From an archaeon (GTDB taxonomy: Archaea > B1Sed10-29 > WALL01), in assembly GCA_042584585.1 (NCBI GenBank), contig JBHOSQ010000002.1, positions 57,808 to 121,807 of the forward strand: a DNA stretch of 64,000 nucleotides, read 5' to 3'. Position 1 is the first letter of the stretch; each line of letters begins with the position of its first letter. A program made the translations under genes and the position numbers. Of this stretch, positions 47,791 to 57,225 are shown in pieces. The notes beneath the pieces were generated by a model that saw nothing but the letters and a program-made list of their open reading frames with translations, did not search any database and was not told where the DNA came from.

Positions 47791-48148
47791 CAGCGAACAG
47801 ATCATACTGCTGGGCGCGGTCTGCGTCGCCGTCTACCTAGCGGGATACGGCTCGCTCGCAATTGGGATATTCATCCTTCTCATTATTTCATCTGTCGTGA
47901 TGGGTGGAAAGAAAGTGATAAAGCCCAAGGGCACGTCCATGGGCGGCGTGCGAATCAAGGGCGCGGAAGCCCTGGAGCCCATAATCATTGAGACCACGCG
48001 TGGCGCACCGTTCCGGATTCCCGCGAACATGAACGTCCGCGTGCGCTCGAACTGGGGCGGCCAGACCTGGATTGAAAAAGCCATGGGCAAGGGCGCCGGC
48101 CGTGCCGCTCGCATGATGTACCGGTCCACGGGCCGAAGCCAGTACTAG
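47780..48148 (+). CDS. Small membrane protein (gene 7, hairpin-anchor paralogue)
   Basis: 2 TM + PIII..PFRIP..RVRSNW...IEKAMG. Confidence 0.8.
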   Translation: MDLDSEQIILLGAVCVAVYLAGYGSLAIGIFILLIISSVVMGGKKVIKPKGTSMGGVRIKGAEALEPIIIETTRGAPFRIPANMNVRVRSNWGGQTWIEKAMGKGAGRAARMMYRSTGRSQY

Positions 48149-48157
48149 TGATGCCTA

Positions 48158-48667
48158 ATGATTGGACTGCTCGCCGCAATCGCCCTCATTTTCTTGGGCG
48201 CGTCAATTAAGTCAGAGCTATTGATTGGTTTCGGGTTCATCGCGATTGCGCTGCAGCTTACTCTTGACCGCTTGCAGCCGAGGCCACTCCCGCAAGCAGT
48301 GGCGCAGGCGGCGGCAAGGCCGCGGCTGAAGCACAAACTGATTGAGGCCCCCGAAGACATGTGGGAAAAGCAGGAGGACAAGACGTGGCAGGCCATGATG
48401 AGTGGTGGGCCATCTGCCCTGAACATCGGGGGGGCCGGGAACTTCATGGGCTTTGCCTCGCGGGGCATTGGAAGCCCGATGGCTGGCGGATTGATGCGCG
48501 GAATGCTTCCGTTCCAGAACTACGGGAGCAGCGGGGTTGCGGGAATTCTCGAGAACATGTTTATTGGGTTTCCGATGGGCATGGGCAACTTTTTTGGGGG
48601 GAATGTACCGTCCGAGCCGTTTAGCCGGCCGCACTACACTGACCCCGATAGTGGGGAACCGCTTTGA
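48158..48667 (+). CDS. Small membrane protein (gene 8, Gly/Met-rich tail)
   Basis: 2 TM + Gly-rich amphipathic tail. Confidence 0.7.
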   Translation: MIGLLAAIALIFLGASIKSELLIGFGFIAIALQLTLDRLQPRPLPQAVAQAAARPRLKHKLIEAPEDMWEKQEDKTWQAMMSGGPSALNIGGAGNFMGFASRGIGSPMAGGLMRGMLPFQNYGSSGVAGILENMFIGFPMGMGNFFGGNVPSEPFSRPHYTDPDSGEPL

Positions 48668-48705
48668 CGTATAGGTTTATTAGGCATAATGGGGTAAGCC
48701 AAGTG

Positions 48706-49320
48706 ATGAAAAGGCTTTTGCTGGCGCTGCTGGTTTTGAGCGTTGCATTTGCAGTTGATGTGGACGATGCCACGGGCTGCGAAAAGTATTCTGACCACGT
48801 TATTTGCCCGCAAGCAACGGACGTGGCACTGGAAATAACTTATACGACTGACGCGGACTGCTATTCGCTGCAGAACGAGTTCGGCAACCTCGAGGACCTC
48901 GGGTGCTACGCGGACGCCGTCACGAGCGGCATTGAGTACGAGGCGTGCGGAATGTACGTGCCGTTCGACGAAAACGATATTTTGATTAGCGAAATTGACT
49001 ACGAGCACCAGTGCTCGACAGAAAAAATAGCTGCGGGGGAAACGATTTACGTCTTTGGCTTCCAGGACCAGTTCACTGGGTGCGAGACGATTGAAGAAGA
49101 CGAGTTTTACGGCGAGTACTTGTGCCCCGTGAACGGCCAGAAGCGCGGGGTCACTGGAGCCATCGAGTACTACGAGGGCGACTACGGCTTGTTGCTTTAC
49201 ACGCAGGAAGAGCAGGCGATTGCCGGCGGGCTCGAGGACATAGGAATCGCGGTCGTGGTGCTAGGAATAATCGTCTTGTTTATTTACGCGCTCTACATCT
49301 GGAGCGAGAGGGAGAAGTAA
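48706..49320 (+). CDS. Acidic Cys-rich secreted protein with C-terminal TM
   Basis: MKRLLLALLVLSVAFA signal peptide; C-terminal TM + EREK. Confidence 0.8.
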   Translation: MKRLLLALLVLSVAFAVDVDDATGCEKYSDHVICPQATDVALEITYTTDADCYSLQNEFGNLEDLGCYADAVTSGIEYEACGMYVPFDENDILISEIDYEHQCSTEKIAAGETIYVFGFQDQFTGCETIEEDEFYGEYLCPVNGQKRGVTGAIEYYEGDYGLLLYTQEEQAIAGGLEDIGIAVVVLGIIVLFIYALYIWSEREK

Positions 49321-49356
49321 GAACGTTTTTATGTGCTAAACTGCCTAGTGTTAAGC

Positions 49357-50001
49357 ATGCCACCGGAAGAAAAGCTCGACCGCAAAGAAGCACTCAGGAG
49401 GGTGGACGCGGTCAGCGACAAGTACTTCAACGCACTCGAAAACGCTGACAAGGACGCGCTTCACGCGGCATTCAAGGACATTCAAGAGCTGCACCTGCAG
49501 GGGCATATCGGGCTCGAGAACTTCAAGGAATACGAAGACGAAGTCAAGGGCATAATGGAGAAAGGGTTCCCGCAAGAAGAAGTGGAAGCGGTTGAAAGAG
49601 GGATAAAACCACCAAAAGAAGAGCCGCCAGTGGAAAAAGCGCCGGAAGAAAAAAAGCCTGTGCCAACAGAAGAAGATGAGCACATAAAGCGTGTCAACAA
49701 AATAATCACGAAGTTCAACAAGATTTTCCTCGCCTTGCGCCTTAGGGATTCAGAACAAATTGAGAAGTACGGCAAAAAATACGACGACTTATACGAGCAG
49801 CACAAAGACGACCCGGAGAAAATGCACACCGCGTTAACCGGGCTCCTTGACGAATTGTCCCAAGAAATTGGCCCAGAAAACGTCGAGCTACTAGCCAATT
49901 GGGCAGACAAGGAGGACCAGATGGTATCTGGAAAACTCTTCCCAAAAGATTATGGGAACTACTACGGGAAGCGTAAGTCGATTTATAACAAAAAGCGATA
50001 A
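49357..50001 (+). CDS. Hypothetical helical protein
   Basis: Uninterrupted ORF with typical codon usage; ATG at 49357 inferred. Confidence 0.65.
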   Translation: MPPEEKLDRKEALRRVDAVSDKYFNALENADKDALHAAFKDIQELHLQGHIGLENFKEYEDEVKGIMEKGFPQEEVEAVERGIKPPKEEPPVEKAPEEKKPVPTEEDEHIKRVNKIITKFNKIFLALRLRDSEQIEKYGKKYDDLYEQHKDDPEKMHTALTGLLDELSQEIGPENVELLANWADKEDQMVSGKLFPKDYGNYYGKRKSIYNKKR

Positions 50002-50002
50002 G

Positions 50003-50410
50003 CTACTTCGTCGCGAGCCGCGCGAGCATCTTTTTGTTGATGTCGATTAGGTTTTCGTTGATTCTTTTCAGGGCGCCGAGCTGTGGCTTTATGTCGTTGA
50101 TTTCCGCCTTGATTTCCTGGAGCTCGTGCTTGATGTCGTCGATGCCGGAGAGCGAGCCCTTCATCTCGTCGTGCTTGACGTGGAGCTCGTTGACGTTCGT
50201 GTGCAGCCGCTCGATGTGCTCCTCAGCCACCGGCGGAACCGGCTCAAGGGGCTTTGGGGCCTGGAGGCCGGACTCGACCAAAATGCCCTCAAGCTCGTCA
50301 TCGGACACACCCATAGACCGAAGGTTTTCCACTATCGCGTCCTTCTCCATGCCACTGGACTGCATGGTCTTCACGATTCCAACAATGCGCTGCAGCGTTG
50401 CGTCGTCCAT
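50003..50410 (-). CDS. Hypothetical coiled-coil protein
   Basis: IDDIKHELQEIKAEINDIK heptads; ATG at 50410. Confidence 0.7.
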   Translation of the reverse strand: MDDATLQRIVGIVKTMQSSGMEKDAIVENLRSMGVSDDELEGILVESGLQAPKPLEPVPPVAEEHIERLHTNVNELHVKHDEMKGSLSGIDDIKHELQEIKAEINDIKPQLGALKRINENLIDINKKMLARLATK

Positions 50411-50485
50411 AGTGCACAACCTATAAATACAGTTTCGACGTTGTAAGCATACCAACTGGAACTATTTAAATATGAGGGTGTTGGA

Positions 50486-51940
50486 CTGAAGTCACTAGAC
50501 CTACCGCACGGCCCATGGAAACACGTACTTTCAGGGATATGGAGCGACAAGGAAATCTCGTACCACGAAAACCCTGACAAGGACCTATTGGTAATGATTT
50601 ACGACAGGCGCGGCGACGCCGTGCGCGGAATGGTCTTTTTCATGGCCAAAGTCTTCGTCGTCGAGGGCAACCCCGGCGGGTTCTTCGAGGCCGCGGGGCC
50701 AAACACCATAGTCGTGCAGAAAAACACGCCCACTTACAAGGGCAGCTTTTTGATTGTGACGACAACGCCGGAATACGTCAAGTTCTCGCCGAGGGAATTG
50801 ATTGCGGTCGCGGACAACCACTGCGACGAAATCGAGAAGCGGGCGACCGACGTCCGCAGCAAGACCGGCGACTTCGCGATTAAATTGGTGGAGGCGAAGT
50901 ACGCGGACCTGGAGAACACGAACGAATTGTTCGGCGAGCCACTCGCATTGCCGGCGCTTGTGGTGCGGAAAGAAGGGCCGGGGCTGGAGTCCGCGGAACT
51001 GACGGGCAGGGTGCACCTCGGCCAGAAGCTGGACGGCGAAAAGTCAGAGGAAGACATAAAGTCGTTCCTGCTGACGACCCTTTCCGGCGCGGACACGACG
51101 CGGGGGCTGCACGTCATGATGGAGGGCTGTGTAATCAACGGAGTGTCGGGCGTGGTGTTCGACGGCTTCCAACAAGTCGACTCGCCAAACGCAAACACGG
51201 ACGAGTACGGCAAGTACGGGCTGACCGTGGACCCAATGGGAATGCCCGTGAGGCGGTTCAAGCCGGGCGCGGACTTTTTCATTGACCTGAAGCTCTTGAA
51301 CAAGGACTTGTTCGGCGACATAGTGGGCGCGGGGCACGGCGTGGACATGGAACTCATTGGCGAGGCACTCGAGAAAAAGCCGTTCAACCTCAAGGGGCTG
51401 ATTGAATTGCTCAGGGGCATCAAGGCCGAGGACAAAAAGTTTTTCGGCGCCAGGGCAATCCGGATTTGCCGCTTGATGGAAGTCGCTTACCCCGGGCTGT
51501 TTGACGGGGCGCTGGAGCCCAAGGAAATCGTTGCGCCGTGGCTCAAGAAAATGGGCCGCATCGCAGTGGTGGACACGAGGGGCATGAAGCCATCGCTCAA
51601 GAAGGGATTGGTGTACTGCACCCTCAAGACGCTTTACGAGAGCTACAAAAAAGAGTTCGCGAGCAGCAACATGAAGGTGCTCGTGGTGGTCAGTGACCCG
51701 GATCTCGTGGGCGAGCCGAAGTCGCTGCTTGACCGCGAGGCCAACCGATTGATTAAATTGTCTGGGGAGACTGGAATCGGTGTTTGTGCAGTCGCGAAGG
51801 CTAGGAGCGAGCTCGACCCGGACATTCGCCAGAACTCGACCCTGGCAATTGAAGTGATGGAAGGCAACAACGCCAGCGTAAACGAGCACGGCGGCAAGCC
51901 TTACAGGATTAGTTTCCGGCCCACGCTTAGTGCGGTGTGA
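50486..51940 (+). CDS. Degenerate HerA/VirB4-like P-loop protein; start uncertain
   Basis: C-terminal ETGIGVCAVAKARSELDPDIRQNS resembles the HerA-family RKxGxGxxxxTQxPxDxDxxI motif; no intact Walker A; frame open from 50447. Confidence 0.55.
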   Translation: MKSLDLPHGPWKHVLSGIWSDKEISYHENPDKDLLVMIYDRRGDAVRGMVFFMAKVFVVEGNPGGFFEAAGPNTIVVQKNTPTYKGSFLIVTTTPEYVKFSPRELIAVADNHCDEIEKRATDVRSKTGDFAIKLVEAKYADLENTNELFGEPLALPALVVRKEGPGLESAELTGRVHLGQKLDGEKSEEDIKSFLLTTLSGADTTRGLHVMMEGCVINGVSGVVFDGFQQVDSPNANTDEYGKYGLTVDPMGMPVRRFKPGADFFIDLKLLNKDLFGDIVGAGHGVDMELIGEALEKKPFNLKGLIELLRGIKAEDKKFFGARAIRICRLMEVAYPGLFDGALEPKEIVAPWLKKMGRIAVVDTRGMKPSLKKGLVYCTLKTLYESYKKEFASSNMKVLVVVSDPDLVGEPKSLLDREANRLIKLSGETGIGVCAVAKARSELDPDIRQNSTLAIEVMEGNNASVNEHGGKPYRISFRPTLSAV

Positions 51941-51942
51941 AG

Positions 51943-52434
51943 CTACTTCCGCATCTTTTGGTCAATCACGTCGCTTAATTGGTCCAGCGTGACGTATTCC
52001 AGTGGGTTGATGGAGTCAATTACGTACTTCAGCTCGTTGACTTCCTGGCGCAGCTCTTCCATTGACTTGCGGAGGTTAATGATTTCCGCGGAGTCCCTGC
52101 GCCTCGCCGTGGGATGCTCCATCGGGGGAGAAATCTCGCCGCCGCCCATGAGTTCAGCCTTCAGTTCGTCGCGGAGCGTGTCCTTCAGCTTTATTAGGTC
52201 GGCTGGCTTTCCGCCGGCGCCGCCTGCCGCAAGCGCAATCTCGAATTCCTTCATTTTTTTGTTGTGGGAGACCAGTGTGCGGCCGATGACCTGCTCGTTG
52301 TTCTCCATGATTTTGAGCCGCTGCGTGATAAGCTTCAGCTTGGCGTCGAGAGAGGCGAGGCTCGCGGACATTCCCGGCGAACTCGCGGAAGCGGAGGATG
52401 AAGAAGGCCTTGGCCTGTGTCTCTGGGGGGGCAT
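51943..52434 (-). CDS. Hypothetical coiled-coil protein
   Basis: Two heptad regions; AGGTG RBS. Confidence 0.7.
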   Translation of the reverse strand: MPPQRHRPRPSSSSASASSPGMSASLASLDAKLKLITQRLKIMENNEQVIGRTLVSHNKKMKEFEIALAAGGAGGKPADLIKLKDTLRDELKAELMGGGEISPPMEHPTARRRDSAEIINLRKSMEELRQEVNELKYVIDSINPLEYVTLDQLSDVIDQKMRK

Positions 52435-52498
52435 TGCAGCACCTTTAGGTTAATAAAGCATAAACCCGTAAGGCTATAAAAACATAGCGGGCTCAGCC

Positions 52499-54763
52499 AT
52501 GAAAGGCACTCTCATCGACATCGGGCACTCTGAAGAAGACGGCCAGAGCTACGTAGACCTTTACGTCAAGGGCGAAAAGCTTGAGGTAATCAAGGAAGCG
52601 TTCGACCCGTACTTTTATTTCGAGGGAGCGGAGCCCGAGCACGAACTGGTAAAAAAAGCCGAGCTGAGCGGCAGGCTGTGGAAAGTTTTTGTTAATGCCC
52701 CGGGCGACGTTCCGAAGCTGCGCGAGGAATTGGTGAAGCAGGGCCGGATTTTCGAGTACGACATTCCTTACACGCAGCGCTATTTGATTGACCATGACAT
52801 CGTGCCGTTCACTGTCTACGAGTGGAAAAAGGGCAAGCCCGGAAAGCCATTGGGCGACTACGAGCCCTCCAGGGTCGCGTTTGACATCGAGACGTACAAC
52901 CCACGCGGAATGCCCGAGGCGGACAAGGACGCAATCGTGATGGTGTCCACGCACGACGGGGAAAAAGGCGCGGTTTACACGTGGAAAAAAATCGGGCTGC
53001 CTTTCGTGAAGTCGTACAAGAACGAGGGCGAGATGCTCGCGAACTTTGTCGAGGGCATGGATTACGACGTGGTCTACACTTACAACGGGGACAACTTTGA
53101 CTTGCCGTACGTCAAGACACGGGTCGAGGAGCTCGGCATCAAGGAAGGCATGCACATTTCGCTGCGCCAGGGAATGCGCGGGCTCAAGGCACGGATTCCG
53201 GGCAAGGTGCACATCGACGCGTACCGCGGAATGGTTTTCCTGTCAGTAATCGGGGCATTGAAATTGCCGCGGTACACGCTGGAAGACGTTTACAAGGAAC
53301 TGACCGGCAAGGAAAAGCTGGACATCGACACAAAGAACCTGTGGAAGATTTGGGACAAGGGCAGCAAAGCCGAACTGGAGGAGCTCGCGACTTATTCCCT
53401 GCAGGACTCGGAGGCCGCGTTTGAGTTAGGCGAGCAGATGCTGCCATTGTATACCGCATTGTCCAAGCTGATTAACCAGATGCCTTTCGACGTGTCGCGG
53501 ATGACGTCGAGCCAGATTGTCGAGCTGCTGCTGCTGAAGATGGCGAAGAAGCGCGGCGAAATCGCGCCGAACCGGCCTGTGGAAGGCGAGTTCAAGGCCC
53601 GGGTGACCAAACAGTTAAAGGGCGCGTTCGTGCGGGAGCCCGAGCCCGGGCTGCACGAGGACATCGTGGTGCTGGACTTCAAGGGCCTGTACCCGAGCAT
53701 CATTATTTCGCACAACATTGACCCGAGCACATTGGATTGTGATTGCTGCAAGGACCCGTTCGAGTCGCCGATGGGCCAGAAATTCTGCAGGAAAAAGAGG
53801 GGATTGATTCCCGAGATGCTTGAGAAAGTCGTCGGGGCCCGGGCCGGTGCGAAGAAAAAGCTGAAGTCTGCGAAGGGCAAGGAAAAGCGTGACTTGGGCG
53901 CGGAGCAGCAGGCGCTGAAGATTGTGGCGAATTCTACTTATGGCTACATGAATTACGCGCGTGCGCGGTGGTACTCGTACGACTGTGCCGAGGCGACGAC
54001 GGCGTGGGGCAGGAAGTTCATCAAGGACGCGGCGTCCGAGGCGGAGAAGCGCGGGTTCAAGGTCATTTATGGGGATACCGATTCCGTGTTCATGCTTCGC
54101 GGCGGAAAAAGCAAGGAAGACGTGCTGAAGTTCCTGAAGGACTACAACGATTCTTTGCCGGGCAAAATGGAATTGGAGCTCGAGGGCTTTTATCCGCGCG
54201 GAATTTTTGTCACGAAGAAAGAGGGCGGCGCGGCGAAGAAGAGGTACGCGTTGATTCGCGAGGACGGGCAGATCGAGATAAAGGGCCTGGAGTTCGTGCG
54301 GAGGGACTGGTCGCAGATTGCCAAAAGGACCCAGCGCGAAGTAATCCAGAGGGTGCTGGAGAACGACGTGGAGGGCGCGAAGGCGCTGGTGCTCGAGAAG
54401 ATTGAGCTGGTGCGGAAGAACAAGGTGCCAATCGATGAGTACGTGATTCGCACGCAGCTGAAGCGCAGAATTGCGAAGTATTCATCGCAGGGGCCGCACG
54501 TCCGCGCGGCGATGAGGCTCGAGGAGTCTGGGGAGAAAGTGGGGAAAGGCACGCTTATTGAGTACGTTGTCTGCCAGGGCGCGGGCAACATCGGCGACAG
54601 GAGCTATTCAGTTAGGATGCTCGGGAAAAGGAAGCCGGACGTTGATTATTACGTGACGCACCAGTTGTTGCCTGCGGTCATGAAGATTCTCGCGGAATTC
54701 GGGATAAGCGCGGATGAATTGATGACTGGCACGAAGCAGGCGGGATTGGGTGCTTGGGCCTAG
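52499..54763 (+). CDS. polB: Family B DNA polymerase
   Basis: DIETY, YNGDNFD, DFKGLYPSII, KIVANSTYG, YGDTDS; C-terminal PIP box QAGLGAW. Confidence 0.97.
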   Translation: MKGTLIDIGHSEEDGQSYVDLYVKGEKLEVIKEAFDPYFYFEGAEPEHELVKKAELSGRLWKVFVNAPGDVPKLREELVKQGRIFEYDIPYTQRYLIDHDIVPFTVYEWKKGKPGKPLGDYEPSRVAFDIETYNPRGMPEADKDAIVMVSTHDGEKGAVYTWKKIGLPFVKSYKNEGEMLANFVEGMDYDVVYTYNGDNFDLPYVKTRVEELGIKEGMHISLRQGMRGLKARIPGKVHIDAYRGMVFLSVIGALKLPRYTLEDVYKELTGKEKLDIDTKNLWKIWDKGSKAELEELATYSLQDSEAAFELGEQMLPLYTALSKLINQMPFDVSRMTSSQIVELLLLKMAKKRGEIAPNRPVEGEFKARVTKQLKGAFVREPEPGLHEDIVVLDFKGLYPSIIISHNIDPSTLDCDCCKDPFESPMGQKFCRKKRGLIPEMLEKVVGARAGAKKKLKSAKGKEKRDLGAEQQALKIVANSTYGYMNYARARWYSYDCAEATTAWGRKFIKDAASEAEKRGFKVIYGDTDSVFMLRGGKSKEDVLKFLKDYNDSLPGKMELELEGFYPRGIFVTKKEGGAAKKRYALIREDGQIEIKGLEFVRRDWSQIAKRTQREVIQRVLENDVEGAKALVLEKIELVRKNKVPIDEYVIRTQLKRRIAKYSSQGPHVRAAMRLEESGEKVGKGTLIEYVVCQGAGNIGDRSYSVRMLGKRKPDVDYYVTHQLLPAVMKILAEFGISADELMTGTKQAGLGAWA

Positions 54764-54975
54764 AATAGCTTGTTGACGACGTCGGCGCAGAGCTGTTCCC
54801 AAATGTAAGGCTTTTTTTCCTTGAGGTCGCGCTCGTTGAAATAGCCCTTGTCGTGGGCTGCCTTGTTTATGTGGTCGATTACCCTGCGGCGGTCGACCAC
54901 GTTAAGTGCCTCGAACTTGTCCATGGCCATTTCGTTTCTCATTCTCGTCGCCGGATCCACTGAACCACCAAACAA
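54760..54975 (-). CDS. Small hypothetical protein
   Basis: 71-aa ORF filling the gap; TTTAAATA upstream. Confidence 0.55.
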   Translation of the reverse strand: MFGGSVDPATRMRNEMAMDKFEALNVVDRRRVIDHINKAAHDKGYFNERDLKEKKPYIWEQLCADVVNKLF

Positions 54976-55021
54976 GAATACGGCAACATTATTTAAATAA
55001 CTACGGATTAAGGAAAACCGA

Positions 55022-55891
55022 ATGGAAGAAGACTACCGCAAGGCAGGCAAAGTCGCGCGTGAAGCGCTCGAGAAAGGCGCCAAAAAAGTCAAGGTCGGGG
55101 CGTCGCTATTGAAGCTCGCCGAAGAAATCGAGAAGGACATTCTTGACAAAGCTGACGGGCTCGCGTTTCCAGTTAATATTTCTCTCAACAACCAGGCCGC
55201 ACACTACACGCCCGGAGTCAACGACGAAGCGGTGTTCGGAAAAGACGTCGTGAAGCTCGACGTGGGGGCGCACGCCAACGGGTACATTGGCGACACCGCG
55301 TTGACTGTTGATTTGACTGGCGAGAACGGCAAATTGGTCGAGGCCAGCGAAAAAGCATTGGAAGAGGTGATTGCCGCGATAAAGCCCGGGGCCAACACGG
55401 GGGACCTCGGGAAATTGGTGCAGGAAACGATTGAGGGGTACGGGTTCAAGCCAATCATGAACCTCGGTGGCCACGTGCTTGGGCAGTGGATGTTGCACAG
55501 CGGGTTGACGGTGCCGAACGTGGCAAGCACAGGGTTCGACTTGGAGGAAGGAATGGCAATTGCGATTGAGCCGTTTGCCTCGGCGGGCCGCGGGCGGGTC
55601 ACGGAGGACCGGCGGGTCGAGATTTTTGCGCTGAATTCTCCGGGGGCGGTGCGGAACGCGGACGCCAGGAAAGTCATCGCGTTCGCGGCAGAGAACTACG
55701 AGCACTTCCCGTTCGCCGAGCGGCACCTCGCGGGGGCCTGTTCAGGGCTAAAGCTTAAAATAGCCTTGCGTGAGATAGTTTCAAAAGAGATATTCACTAG
55801 CTACCCCATCCTCAGTGACAACGGCCTGGTGTCCCAGGCTGAAAAGACGGTCATCGTGACTGCGGACGGGTGTGAGGTGACGACGAAATGA
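55022..55891 (+). CDS. map: Methionine aminopeptidase type II
   Basis: AFPVNISLN, AAHYTP, DVGAH..GYIGDTA, NLGGH, IEPFA, SQAEKT. Confidence 0.95.
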   Translation: MEEDYRKAGKVAREALEKGAKKVKVGASLLKLAEEIEKDILDKADGLAFPVNISLNNQAAHYTPGVNDEAVFGKDVVKLDVGAHANGYIGDTALTVDLTGENGKLVEASEKALEEVIAAIKPGANTGDLGKLVQETIEGYGFKPIMNLGGHVLGQWMLHSGLTVPNVASTGFDLEEGMAIAIEPFASAGRGRVTEDRRVEIFALNSPGAVRNADARKVIAFAAENYEHFPFAERHLAGACSGLKLKIALREIVSKEIFTSYPILSDNGLVSQAEKTVIVTADGCEVTTK

Positions 55892-56916
55892 AGAAAACAC
55901 ACTTCCTTGGCGCTGCCGTCAGCATTTCAATAATTGCGGGGCTGCTATCGTTCGTGCTCTTGTCGGGCATAGGATTTTCGATTGGGGGTGTGTTGAGCCC
56001 AGCCTTTTACGATGGATTGATGGGCATGAACATCATAATGCTCATCCTGGGGCTCGTGTTCCTCGGCGTTTCGATGGGCGCACTGTTTTCCGCGACAAGG
56101 TTCTTGGCGCACATGAGGGCGCTCGGCCTCGCGGCAATCACAAGCCTTATTGTGGCATTAATCGGGTCAGTGTTTTACTGGCAGCAAATGACCAGCTACA
56201 CCATCGTGGCGCTGGCGTTCGTCGCAGGGATTACGGCGGCCGGGTTCTTGTCCAGCAAGGCACGGGGCACCAAGTTCAGCGTCGGATTCGAGCACGCGGG
56301 CAAGGCAATGCTCATCATGGCGATAGTGGCGTGCGTGGGGACACTGATTGTTGTGACGGTCGACGCCAAGCCGTACGAAGACCAATTCATTGAGGGCATC
56401 ACCGGGATTGCTGTCATCGACGTGGACGAGGCAACTGTCGAACAAATGGTGAGGGCGGAAAACCCCAAGATGGATTTCAACACGTTCCTTGCGCAACTCG
56501 CTTCGGGCTACCCGGGCTACACGCTCGAGGACCAGCAAAAAGTGGAGCAGTTATATAGTGATTATGAGGCGGACTACGAGGCCGAGGTCGCCCGCTCTGT
56601 GCAGGAGACAATGTCCACGATTAACGAGTCCAAAGAAGCGTCGAGCACCTTGATTCGGTCTACTAGTTACTTCGAGCTGATGTACAAGTATATCTCAGTG
56701 TCTTATGGGCTGGCGATGCTGCTGCTTTTGGGGTTGAGCGCGATAGTTTCTGCGCCCGTGGCAGGAGGAGTCAGTACTGTGCTGCACAGGCCATTGCCAA
56801 AGGCCGCGCACCCACAGCCCAAGGAAAAGGCGCCCGCTGTATGGGAAGAAGAAAAAGCAGTGGAACAGCACAAAAAGCTGGAAGAGCTCGAAGACCAGGC
56901 TATGGGGAAGAAATAA
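55888..56916 (+). CDS. Hypothetical multi-pass membrane protein
   Basis: About 6 TM plus an acidic loop; ATGA overlap with map. Confidence 0.75.
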   Translation: MKKTHFLGAAVSISIIAGLLSFVLLSGIGFSIGGVLSPAFYDGLMGMNIIMLILGLVFLGVSMGALFSATRFLAHMRALGLAAITSLIVALIGSVFYWQQMTSYTIVALAFVAGITAAGFLSSKARGTKFSVGFEHAGKAMLIMAIVACVGTLIVVTVDAKPYEDQFIEGITGIAVIDVDEATVEQMVRAENPKMDFNTFLAQLASGYPGYTLEDQQKVEQLYSDYEADYEAEVARSVQETMSTINESKEASSTLIRSTSYFELMYKYISVSYGLAMLLLLGLSAIVSAPVAGGVSTVLHRPLPKAAHPQPKEKAPAVWEEEKAVEQHKKLEELEDQAMGKK

Positions 56917-57115
56917 GCGGGCCCGGAGGGATTTCAACGCCTGAAACTCAGGCGGCACGTTAGGCTTGGGAGCCGCGGGTGGACGTTGACCCAAGTCAAC
57001 GTCAAGGGCCTAGGGCTCCCAGAGACAAAAACTGCGAGCGCCAGCGAGCTCTTATCCACTCGCCTGGGGGGGCGCTTCCCAGGGTAGCGGGGGGCTGTGC
57101 CCCCCATGACGCTGA
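56915..57115 (-). mobile_element. 201-bp hairpin-rich element at the tRNA-Arg 3' end, closed by a duplicate of that end
   Basis: Direct repeat 56915-56938 vs 57116-57139 (23/24); blocks collinear with 63866-64000. Confidence 0.75.
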
Positions 57116-57118
57116 AAG

Positions 57119-57193
57119 CGGGCCCGGAGGGATTTGAACCCCCGATCTATTGCTCCGAAGGCAATCGCGTTATCCAAGCTACGCTACAGGCCC
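57119..57193 (-). tRNA. tRNA-Arg(TCG)
   Basis: GGGCCTG/CGGGCCC acceptor, ATTGC-CTTCGGA-GCAAT anticodon arm, GTTCAAATC; TATA at 57217-57224; no encoded CCA. Confidence 0.95.
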
Positions 57194-57225
57194 ATGAAAA
57201 GATGTTAATGGGGCAGTATATAAAT

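Noticed and set aside
52499-54763. Intein, split or inactivated PolB
   Set aside because: Normal length with intact exonuclease and polymerase motifs.
56915-57139. Prophage or large genomic island at tRNA-Arg
   Set aside because: The att-like repeats are only 201 bp apart and enclose no ORF or integrase.
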